In this document: piece by piece, positions 1 to 10,700 of the stretch
How the letters are laid out: each line of letters starts with the position of its first letter
Position numbering within the stretch: position 1 is the stretch's first letter
From: Rhizaria sp. SCN 62-66
Lineage: Eukaryota
DNA length: 36,989 nucleotides
Assembly: GCA_001724265.1 (NCBI GenBank)
Contig: MEDY01000408.1
Span: 1-36,989, forward strand
Reading direction: 5' to 3'
Made by a program: the position numbers and the translations under genes
The notes under the pieces: generated by a model
What the model was told of the DNA's origin: nothing
The model's input: only the letters and a program-made list of their open reading frames with translations
The model's database searches: none

Positions 1-972
1 GGCCATCTCGAGCTGGGCCTCGAAGTCCTTGATGTGCTCGACGCCGCCGTGGAGCTCGACGAGACGGCCGAGGTCGGCCTTGGGGGCGCGGAGGACCTTG
101 ACCTTGCGGACGAGGACGTTCTGCAGGGGGTAGATGGCCTGGGTCTGCTTCTCAATCTGGCGGCCGATGGTCTCGGTCGAGAGCTTGATGACGAGCTGGG
201 AAATGTCAGAGGCGGCGACCTCCTTGTTGACGATCTCGACCATCTTCTTGCGGATCTGGTAGACCTGGCGGGTCTGGGCGTAAGAAGAGACGCGCTGCTG
301 GTTGGGGCGGCGCTTGGTGGAGGCGGTGGTGAAGACGCGGAGGACGTAGCCGTCAGCGGTCTTGACGTCAGTGAAGGCGTCGATCAGGGTCTGCTTCTTG
401 CGGGCAAGGGAGCGGAGCTTGTCGGTGGTGGTGTCCATGCCGTAGAACGAGGTGAGGCACTGGGAGCCCTGGACGTCGTCAACCTTGAGCTTGAACTTGC
501 GGAAGTCCTCGCCCTTGGGGTTGAGGTCGCCGAGGTTGGACTCGACGACGCGGCCGAGGAGCGACTCGCGTGAAGTGCGCTGGCCAATGGTCTTGGTGGC
601 AGGGGTGATGCCAACGACGCGCTTGACGAAGTAGTTGGGGGCCTTGATGGTGAACCACTCCTTGCGGGTGAAGGGGTCAACACTGTTGGAGTAGGACAAA
701 GCAAGGAAGAGGAAAAGAGATAGAAGGGGTCACACGAGAGAGCGAAGGGAAGATAAGGGGGAGTGAGCTAAGGCTTGTATAGCGAATGCGTCGGACCAAG
801 GGAGAGAGAAATGAAGGAGAGGAAGCGAGGGAATGTGGCGCACTGCGCAGCGACAGACGCAGCGTCTCCATAGAGCGAGAGTCCATGCGGGAGAGAGAGG
901 AACGTACATCTTCTTGTTGCCCTTCTTGCCCTTCTTGTTAGCGCCAGCGCCAGCCTTCTTGTCGATAGCCAT
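1..972 (-). CDS. RPS3A: 40S ribosomal protein eS1 (S3a); exons 972-908 and 682-<1, 3' end outside the window
   Basis: Manual spliced translation: [40 protein letters not shown]...GRVVESNLGDL...FRKFKLKVDDVQGSQCLTSFYGMDTTTDKLRSLARKKQTLIDAFTDVKTADGYVLRVF...YAQ...IRKKM...IYPLQNVLVRKVKVLRAPK. These are recognisable eS1 motifs. Very strong C/G-ending codon bias. Missed by the ORF track because exon 2 has no stop inside the window. Confidence 0.97.
683..907 (-). other. Spliceosomal GT-AG intron (225 nt, phase 2) in RPS3A
   Basis: On the minus strand: AAG AT|GTACGT ... long pyrimidine tract ... CCTACTCCAACAG|T GTT GAC CCC. Splicing restores KK-I-VDPF, matching the conserved eS1 N-terminus. Confidence 0.93.
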
Positions 973-1678
973 GGTACTGCGAGGGAATGAAAGCAAAAGG
1001 GAAAGGGAGAAAAAAGATGGAAGTGAGCGGGGAGCGGCACAGAGAGCGCAGGGCGAGCGGGGCCGGAGTTCCAGAGAGGGTCTTAGCAGCAGAGTGCGAC
1101 AAGAGCTAGGCTCGAGCCGTAGGGCGAGGTCGCAGCATCTTTCTTGAGCGGAGGACGCGTCCGGGCGTCATGGCCGACAGTCACAACATACATCACAACG
1201 GTTTAGTAGCATTCCTATTCCCCAGGCCGCTATTCACTCGAAAACGAGACGCAGAAAGGGCGCACAGTCGGCCGGCCAGTCGTCGGTCCGGTCCTCCAAG
1301 CGCGGCACCGCCCTGCGGCTTACTTAGATTTCGGGTGCTCACGGTCGCTTCCAAACTTGGTCGGTTCGCAGAAATGCAGCGAGCGAATCGAGCTGGTGAC
1401 GAGAAGAGAATCTTCAATATTGCTGTACGATATCAAGACATCCGTTATTTGTATTTTAAAGCCATGCCAAACCAGGTACTACACGTATAATTGTGAAAAC
1501 GCTATACATCTGCCCCATATGTTAGGCATACCCTAGATATGCGTGTTTTTCAAGACTGGTGAATTCACAGCATTGTTGCCTCTTCCAATCTTTCCATTCA
1601 CGGCGGGTAGACAGGTCTAGCCGCACCTTCCAGACATAGAACCCTAACGAAGCGCTGGCTAAGCCCTTTAGCTGCGAC
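973..1678. promoter_or_regulatory. Divergent (head-to-head) intergenic region holding the promoters and 5' UTRs of RPS3A and the PQ-loop gene
   Basis: 706 bp between the two divergent ATGs, with an AT-richer core at ~1400-1560. Position-based inference; no TSS can be placed. Confidence 0.55.
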
Positions 1679-3826
1679 ATGTCGGCCCCGTGCGCGTGCA
1701 CGCCCCTGGTGAACGCTGCGGGCGAGCCCTACAGCCAGCCCATCGGCACTTGGTTCGGCGACTGCGTCTACTCCACCGACGATTACCTGTCGTTCGCCGC
1801 CGGACTAGTCACCATGGTGCTGTGGATGTTTGCCCAGTTCCCGCAGCTCTGGCTCAACTTCAAGCGCAAACGCGTCGACGCCCTCTCAGCCGGTCTGCTC
1901 GCCACGTGGTTCTTAGGCGATTTCACTAACTATCTAGGCTGCATCCTCACCAACCAGCTCCCCACACAGCGATACACCGCGCTCTACTACACGTGCATCG
2001 ACATCGTCATCCTCTTCCAGTTCTGCTACTACCGCTTCCTTTACAAGCGCTGGTATAGCGCCAGTAGCGGTACTTACCGCGGTTTGCCAGTGAGTGGTTT
2101 GCCAGTGAGTGAGTACAGCAAGCTCTCCTCTGGCCCCGCCCCGTCCATCGCTCTCTGCACCTCCGCTCTCCAGTCAAATTCGACTAACAGCAACAATGCG
2201 AGCAATATCAGCGCTGGCGGGCTGACAGGCGCCAGCAGCAGTGAAACAAGTCCTTTACTCGGCGTCACCATGAACAACAGCGGCGATGCGTCGACTGCAA
2301 GGGCTGGCAAGACGAACAACAACGCTAACAACAACGCTGGCTGGAACAACATGGCTATCGCCGGCAACGCCAAGGCGCACCGGACCGCGCGACTCGCGGG
2401 CCTCTCCATCCCGTCCCTCTCCGTCGCCATGGCAACCACCACGCACAGCAATCTGAGCAATAGTACCGGCGGCGACTGCAGCTGTGATGAGAACAGCGGC
2501 CGGCTATCAGCGTTTCCCATGATGCCCTACGGCCCCAGCTCAGCGCCGCCGTCGCCGTCGCTTGGCCCGCGGGCGGCGCTGCCCCCCGCAACGCCCCTCG
2601 ATATCGACGGCGGTGACGACGATGACGACGGCGAGGACGAGGACGAGGACCGTGGCAACAGCAGCGGCTACGGCAGCGCTCGTGGCTCAGTCCCCGTCGC
2701 CGCTGGCGCTGGCACTGGCGCTGGCGCTGGTCGAGGCCCGTCGTCGCGGGCAAAGACCTTGCTGTCTGCGGCGGCGCTTTTCACCCTCACTTTCTCTCTC
2801 TCGTCATCGCTTTACGCAGCGACAACAACTGAGCCGGCGCTTTCTCACAGCGGGGCGAGTTACCACACTGCTGCGACAACCACCACCAGTGCCGGTGCCA
2901 GCGCAGGCGCAAGCGCAAGCGCCAGTGCGAGTGCGAGTACGGCGGCGGCAGCTTGGCTCGAGTTTGCAACAGAGTCACCGCCGCCGCTGCTGCTCGTGCC
3001 CAGCTCGAGCCGCAAACTCCTGCTCGCAGCCACTGACCACCCGACTGCCACTGCCAGTGATGCTGTTGCTGTTACTGACTCGACGTCAGTCGCTGACCAC
3101 GCCTACGAGGCCGCGTTCGTCTCTGGCTATGCTCCAGGCTCCAGCTCAGTCTCAGGCTCCGGCTCGAGCTCGAGCTCTAGCGCGGAAGGTGCAGTCCCTC
3201 CAGTGCATCCGCCTCCGTCGTCTCCGTCGTCGTTGGCGTTGTCGCCGTTCATAGCGTCTGCCTCACCCCTCGGCCCCCGGTCCTGCCGCGCCGAGGGCCC
3301 CGCCCCCGGCTCAACCCTCGCGCGCCTTGGTCCCTTCGTCGCATGGATCAGCGGTCTATCCTATCTCCTCTCGCGGACGCCGCAGATCGCGCACATGCTC
3401 GCCCGCGGCCGCCGCGGCGCGCGCGGACTGGCGCCACAGATGTTCTTCACGGCCTTCACCGCAAACGGGCTCTATGGACTGTCAGTGCTTCTGCGGAAGC
3501 CGCGGATTGATGGGGAGTTTTGGCGGGCGACGTTTCCGTTCATTCTCGGCAGCGTCGGCACAATGGTGTTTGATTTCGTCATTTTGTGCATTATTTTTAG
3601 GCTCAGGCTCACAGCGCCGGCCAAACGCAGTGCTCTTGGCGTGAACTCAGACGGCACCACTGACAACAACAGCTGCAATAACAACAGCGTTGATGCAGAG
3701 TGCAACGGCAGTGATGTTGAGTCAGTGATGAGCTCCACTGCCGGCTCCCCCGCTCTTGCAGCCGCTCTCGTGCCTTCAGACTCGACTCCAGCTTCGACCG
3801 CAGCTAACTCGCAGACACAGCTATGA
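1679..3826 (+). CDS. PQ-loop lysosomal/vacuolar amino acid transporter (PQLC2/LAAT1/Ypq-like) with a long low-complexity insertion
   Basis: 715-aa ORF, ATG to TGA. PQ repeat 1: LWMFAQFPQLWLNFKRKRVDALS...WFLGDFTNYLGCILTNQLPTQRYTALYY...DIVILFQ. PQ repeat 2: WISGLSYLLSRTPQI...GLAPQMF...ANGLYGLS...PFILGSVGTMVFDFVIL. Acidic dileucine motif ETSPLL. Confidence 0.92.
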   Translation: MSAPCACTPLVNAAGEPYSQPIGTWFGDCVYSTDDYLSFAAGLVTMVLWMFAQFPQLWLNFKRKRVDALSAGLLATWFLGDFTNYLGCILTNQLPTQRYTALYYTCIDIVILFQFCYYRFLYKRWYSASSGTYRGLPVSGLPVSEYSKLSSGPAPSIALCTSALQSNSTNSNNASNISAGGLTGASSSETSPLLGVTMNNSGDASTARAGKTNNNANNNAGWNNMAIAGNAKAHRTARLAGLSIPSLSVAMATTTHSNLSNSTGGDCSCDENSGRLSAFPMMPYGPSSAPPSPSLGPRAALPPATPLDIDGGDDDDDGEDEDEDRGNSSGYGSARGSVPVAAGAGTGAGAGRGPSSRAKTLLSAAALFTLTFSLSSSLYAATTTEPALSHSGASYHTAATTTTSAGASAGASASASASASTAAAAWLEFATESPPPLLLVPSSSRKLLLAATDHPTATASDAVAVTDSTSVADHAYEAAFVSGYAPGSSSVSGSGSSSSSSAEGAVPPVHPPPSSPSSLALSPFIASASPLGPRSCRAEGPAPGSTLARLGPFVAWISGLSYLLSRTPQIAHMLARGRRGARGLAPQMFFTAFTANGLYGLSVLLRKPRIDGEFWRATFPFILGSVGTMVFDFVILCIIFRLRLTAPAKRSALGVNSDGTTDNNSCNNNSVDAECNGSDVESVMSSTAGSPALAAALVPSDSTPASTAANSQTQL
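2081..2110 (+). repeat. Perfect 15-bp tandem duplication (GGTTTGCCAGTGAGT x2; GLPVS-GLPVS)
   Basis: Read directly at 2081-2095 and 2096-2110. Confidence 0.95.
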
Positions 3827-4779
3827 GATGAAACTCTCTGGAGTACTCAGCCTGTTTGTACATGTACAGCACTCGCGGTTGACAGTGCTGCGTGGTAGCC
3901 ACCAAATTTATACGCTATATAGCATTTCGTTTTTATATTAGAAGTTGAGTAATCGAGAATAAATCTACTCTATGTCAGCAAGCCTCGCTTGAGGTTATGC
4001 TTTTGGTGTTTTCACCGACAACTTAATTTTCTGTTCTCCTCGCATATTTACATGTAATCAGCTCATATGAATTCATTGCTGTGATGAAGTCAATATCTTC
4101 TATGTTACTCGATATTGCCAAAATATAAATAAAAAACACGTTTGTTGCTATGTGGATCTATTACACACACGCGTTGCTTGCTTTTAGTGGAGGGAATGAC
4201 TGGACCAGTCTGAATACAGTGGAACAGGACCATGCCCTCAGTCCAGTGTGGCCACAATAAAAAGGAGACCATCAAAGAAATTGAGGAGTCCCATACGCGT
4301 TCGGGAAACAGGTTTCGACTTCTCACAGAGCAATATTTGAACTTTTAAGGGACGGAAATTGTGTAAAACTAATTTGAGATCTTCTGATTTTCTCCGTAGA
4401 TTTCGAATTTTGTCAATATTTACGGCCACCCTAGCCCCCCAGCCTCACCAACGATACTCACCTTGTTCCTCTTTTGCGTAGACTACACACGCGTGGAGTC
4501 TGTCTGTCAGCACATTCAGACAAATTAACGCGTTGTTTTCTGTATTTTCAGCGGCGTACCTGTTCAATCCACACGGTTCCTCGCGCTCATTGGCTCGTTT
4601 TCTTGCCCGGTCATCCTCGGCTAACGCTCCTGCCCTGCAACCGAGTCGCCTCCTCCTTTTATCAGCCGTCCTCTGCGACACCCACTGTTCTCTCAATCCG
4701 CGGTTTGACTGTCGTATTTTGACCGCACCCGTTCCCCGTGCGATCTGTAGTGTCGGCGCATCAACACAGGCTCTCTGCC

Positions 4780-7700
4780 ATGATACAACGCCACCCCGCG
4801 CTGTACGCGTCCGCTGTGGCTTTGCTGCTCTGGACGTTGCTGGGCCTCGTCTTTGCGGCCCCACACACACAGTTTGCATTCACATTCCCTGCAACTTATG
4901 TTCCAAGTCTCTCAAAATCGACTAAGACTATCACCGTCAAAACAACGATTACTGCCGATGTTCCTAACAGCATCCCTGGAAATGAGACTGCCTCGACGTA
5001 CTTCACCTTCGTTTGCGACCACCCCGCGATCATCAGCGTCACGCCCGATAGCGGCGGACCCTCTGGTTCGTCAGTAACCACCATCTCTGGCGTTTAGTAC
5101 GGTCGTAGCGGCTCGAACCAGAATGATATGTACGGTTCCACCAAGGCGCTGACTGCGACGTTCGTTCTCGATCTCTTTACCGTTGCACCCGTCTACTCCA
5201 CTGCAGCTTCAGGCTACAGTCTCCCGGCTGGGCTGTGCGTCAGTCTACAGCATAACATGGCTGAAGAGCGCAACCGCGCAGAGACACCGCAGACACCCCT
5301 CACAGTCGCTCCCTCGTGGTCCACGAGCCCTTTGCTCACCGCCTCACGCGATGTCACTTCGACTGCAAACCAGGGCGTGTTTGACTTTACAAACAAGGTA
5401 CTGACATCGTCAATGACGTTTACCTCGGACCACCCGTATCCGGTTTTGGGCGGTTACATTGAAATGCGCACCGCCTCCGGTCAATGCACCAACAGCAAGC
5501 TCGACTTGATGACGCTTAATGTTGACGCCTCGACGCCAGGTTTCATGCTCCACGCGAATCGCACGACGACTAAGGTGTTTTTCGAGGCCATGACAGACTT
5601 TGTTCCTGTTGATGGCGGTATCAAACTTGTAGTAGACAATATTAGTTTCAGCACAACCAGCTCTGTGGCCTCGAACAACCTCAAACAGTGTTTCAATGTC
5701 ATGCTCATTGGTGCCAATGATTCTACGCTGCACTCAACGACGCTGCCACTGTCAAGCACGCCGGTGTCGGTGCCCCTGACTGCCCCTGAGTTAAGGGTTG
5801 CGACAGCGCACACCGAGATGCCCCTGACGTCTTACTGGATTGACACATACTTTAACCACAACAAGTCGCCGGCCGTTAACGTTGTACTCACGATGAAGTC
5901 GGACGCGACAACCTGCCGCCAGACGCTGCGACCGTCATCATCCGTACCCGTGGAATTCACACCGCTCTATGTTAAGAGGGCTTTTGTGCGAGATGTCAAC
6001 GATACCATGGGCTGCACCGTGACTTACGACGGTGCAAGCCGCATTGACGCGTGGATGGTGTCGTCGTTCGTGCCCATTCGATTCCTAATTAGCTGCAGTT
6101 CAGCAGGCGGCGCGGAATGGATCCGGCTGCGCATCAAAGGAGTGATGACTGAGACAACACCAATTCCGGCTTCGTGCTGGACACTTGAAAGCTCAAGTTC
6201 ACTCACAACATATTCGTCTGTCGCCACTACTGCGTCGGCGGCGTGGGTTGTCAACCCGACTCCAACGTATGCATTCACGCAGTCCTCCACATCTACATCT
6301 TATCGCTTTGCGTGGAGCATATCCTCCCAGTCCACAAACGCTCAGCTGACATTTCTCTCTAGTAACAGCTTATCCCATTGCCCTCTGTCTGATCCTGTCA
6401 AATCTAACGCGGTTGCCTCTTCATCTCCTGTCAGTTTTACCTCCTCCAGTTCAGGAAAGCAAAGCACCCCTGGAATTTTTGTGGCGTTTCAAGGTACACC
6501 CTCAACGTCACTGAGTGCATATTTTGACGTGTTAAAGTCTTATTTTACCGATTTCGCAACGAAATTCCCTGCGTCCTGTACACAAGCCACGCTGCTTTTT
6601 GGATCAACAATTCCTCTGCAAGTGACAACATTTCCTTCCGATTTTGATATTGCAATTACCCGCACCAACACGACGAACGTTGATGTGATCTATGAAGCTT
6701 ACGGTTTTAATCGAACCAGTTTCACAAATCCCTGGGAAGTTGACATTAAAGCCCGTGTCTCAATTCTTAACTTCACGGCTGCCACGACGCAAGCCGATGC
6801 AGGAGACAACCGCAGGTATACTCATCGTGTTGAAGATGAATGTCCTGCATGGAGCCCCACCAATGGTCCTCACGCCATCTCTGTCCCTAGCTGTGCTGCT
6901 CCAGTAACTCAGGGCCGCGACCTTTATTCCACATGTACTTCTAGCCCGGCAGGTGCCAACGTGACAAGCGTATCATATGTGCTATCGGGACCATATGCCG
7001 CTCCTCTTACGACTCGACACGACTGTTTTCGTGTTATATCTCAAAAGGGTGTGGCAACTGTCAGCACAACACATTCCGTTGGTGAAACTTTGTATTCTTT
7101 TGCGGCCAATTCAGCTAAGGCAAATGTTGGTTCAAGAATCGTTTCTTACAAACTCAACTCTTTCTCAACATCTACATCCGAATTCACGATGAAGCTCGGA
7201 TTTTTGATCCTGCCAGTGTACACCTTTTCAAGTGTCTCGTTCATTATCAACAAGGGAGGAAACAATTATTCTTGGTCTTCGACCGTCAACCTTGATGCAG
7301 CATCCGTCGCTCACTGGGGGCGTGTGCAGCAATCGAACGTTTGTAGTTCAGCAATGGACAGTGGGCAAGTCAAAGTCACTTGCACTCTTACCGTTCCTTC
7401 TAGCTCGTATATCGCATCGCCAATTGGCTTTGTTATTAACTCCCTGATTGTGCCTTACTCTCTAATTAGCTCTGGCTCGCTGCCTGACAGCGCATTAAGC
7501 ATGTCAAACACAGTTGCATATACCGGTACTAGTCTTTCCATGCCAGAAACCCAGCCCGACGTCTTTGACCACGCCCTGCTGATGAATTACGCCTATACTA
7601 CCAAAACGGCCACCACGCGCGTGCGCGCAACGCTTAAGTTTCAGCTCTACCGAAAGATTCCCAGCTCAAGTACTGTCCGTTTCACCTGGTCTGTCGTGCC

Positions 7701-10700
7701 CGGTTGCGGCGGCGTGCGTGAGCTGGCTGAGTGGGCCGCCACTGCATCTTGCACATCGACTATTTCCTCTGATGGATACAGCGCGCAACTGGCGTGCCCG
7801 ACGGTGACGCCGACGATGACGACACCGTATCCCATCGTCGAGGCATTGATTGAACTGGTCTACTTTCCGATCAAGGTCACTGCGCTGCTAGACACAAAGT
7901 GCGTCTCAGCATACGTAGAGTTCTTGAACGGCGCGACGACAACCTTTACCTCAAGCTCAATTTCGCCAATGGAAGTTTACGCGTCGACGACTGGTAAGTT
8001 GCTTAGTCCGATGCGTTTCTACGTGCGATCTGAGGCCTACAGCGCCGTGGTCGGGTCAGTCACGAATGGGACATTTACGATTCGCTACCATGTGCGGTAT
8101 ACGCTTTCTACGTACCGTGACACGGCTTTTGCCGCGCGCACTCTCACGGTCTCAGCATGCGCGTCACCCTCACCAGTTTCGTTTCAGCAAGGTACTCTTG
8201 AGCCGACATCGTCCGGCTCGACGGACACGGCAGATGGCGCGTTTACTTGCACAGATGTGACGGCGCCGATTGTTGGTTCAGGCTTAAAGATTAACATTAA
8301 CGGCTGTCAAGAAGATGTAGCGCCCAATCCAGTAAACTTCGGCCAAACTGCGCAGCGCTGGGTTATTGCGGATGGTGTTTTGCTGAACAACAAGACTGCA
8401 ACGTCGGCATGCCTCCAAGTCACAAACACAGAAGGGTCAACGGATACTTTAAATACTGAAAACGCATCGCTCGATTTTGCACAAACGCGCAATGCAATGC
8501 AGTATGATTTGACCGCAATTAATCGCGTCACGGTTATGGGCGCCGATCTCTACGGCACTGACGCTATGTACTATTATAACGTCAAGATGACAGTGTACTT
8601 GCTGCAGGAAATTCCCGCCGGCGAACCCGTCTACTTCACGATTAAGATGTCCAGTAGTCCCCAGTGCACAACTTACTTTGCCAACGGTATCCCCGCCAGT
8701 GCAAAGCGACCCATGACGTCAAGCTGGGGCTTGTCGATGACAGACTCGTGCACGGAGGAAGGCTTCTTGTCTGACGGCCGCCGCGTCATCAAGTGTCCTC
8801 ACCCCGGTGCGGGGCTTAATCACAACGCTTACTGGATCAATATTCCCACGTTGTTTAAGAATACTCAAGTGACTGCGACTGCGCCCAAAGAATGCTTCCT
8901 TGTCACAATGTCTAACATGAACTTGCTCTCGTCCAATCCACGCGATGACGTTGCTCTCAACGCAGTTGGCACACACCCGATCGATTTGGCTGTACGCATC
9001 AAGGCAAAGAAGGTGATCGGTGACTGGGACAACACCGATGCGAGTTTGCCGAGTCCGTGGATCCATGTCACGCGCGCTGATCTTGCGCTTTCGACGCACG
9101 AGGCAATCGACGCAGAGGGATCCGTTGCGTTTGACGTTAAGTACACCGGCGGCCAAACTAATTGTCCTGCTGGTGCGTTCGAGTTTGTCGGAGGTGCTAC
9201 GCTGACGCCCCTTGACAGTGGCACAGAAATCACCGCAGTGAACTCAACCAACGGTGGTGATTTTGCCTGTGGCACTTCCGTAAATGTGACCCATCTTACT
9301 GTCAGTTGCAATGCCACAAACGCGGTACCGGTAGGCAAAACGCATATCATGTCTCTGCGGAATGCCTTTCGTTTTCTCTATAGCACTTCGTATTTCCACC
9401 CAGCAATCTCTCAAGACTGTTTTGAAATCACAGCCTATCCAATATTAGGATCTCCAGTCCTTACGGAGCCCACCGAGTTAATGGATCTGTATGAGGACCT
9501 GCTCACCGGTCATGCGCAGTACGAGTTCTTGCCGTTACACGTTTCTAAAAGGCTTCTCTCCGCGTTGCCAACGAGTGAGAACCCGGCGGCGTTTAAAGAA
9601 ATCCACACGTTTGAGGTTCATCTTTTTGCCCACACGTTTTCATACCTCAACCTGTCGGCATTGTCACACAATGTCTCGTTTGACGTGTCTAGCAGCTCAG
9701 TTCTTTTCCCCAGCGTCTCGCTGGTCGCAATCCCAAGCTCAACATGGATCTGTGGGGGATCTTCTATCGCAAATGACACCCTCGGTGTCACGTGTCCACA
9801 GGCCATTCAGCCGTCTGCCACCCTCTACAGCCCAATGCGCTTCCGCTTTGAGGGTCCCGTTACGCCGTACGGCTCGGCGTGGCCTCGCTTTCCGAACAGC
9901 GTGATTAAGCTCGACAACGTAGTGTCTGCGCGCACGAACGATATTCTTGCTATCAACTCCGAGAATAAGTTCGATGTTCTTGTGGTCGCCGACAACGCCG
10001 TGCTGGAAAGCTCCTGGGATGCCGTGACTTCGAGCGCAGACCTGCGCTGGCGCATGTACTTCCACGCATCATACGACATCGCCAAGCTTAGCGTTAATAT
10101 CAGCAAGTTGTGTGCGCTGCGATTTGGCGAGTTGACTACGGTGTCCGGCAGCAACACCAACACTGGCAACAACGTAATCCCCACAGGCAGTTCGTCGATG
10201 TGGGATTTAATGATAAGTGGTTTTGAGTTCCCGGACACGAACCCTCTTTCCGCCATGACTACCACGCCCTACGATTTGCCTATGACGCCGTACGTTGAGT
10301 TCACTGTGATGGGTCTTGCGTCGGCCACGTTTAGCTCAAACGAAAACCGCGAGATTGATGCCTCGTGCTTTTCCTTTATTGCCGTTCCCAGTTTAGCTGT
10401 CTTTTCTTCGTGGACTGGTACGACAAATAACGTGGACATGACTGGCGATGCCGTCACCGGCTCGTTGCAAGACAACATTTTCGACGTGTCGGCGGATTTG
10501 CTTGACCATGTGATGACAGATGCAGCAAGGTTCACGAGCGTGATGGACGTGCTGGTGTTGCCCCGCTTTGACTACTCAGCTGAGGTTGCCAGCTTCACTA
10601 TTCAGCTCACTGCCCACTGTCGAGGTGCTCTTACGTTCGTCTCCCCTGCACATTCCGCATCGCCCCCAGCGACTGGCGAGGATCCGAACGCACATTTATG

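Noticed and set aside
34-573. 179-aa plus-strand ORF
   Set aside because: Antisense shadow of the strongly codon-biased RPS3A exon 2.
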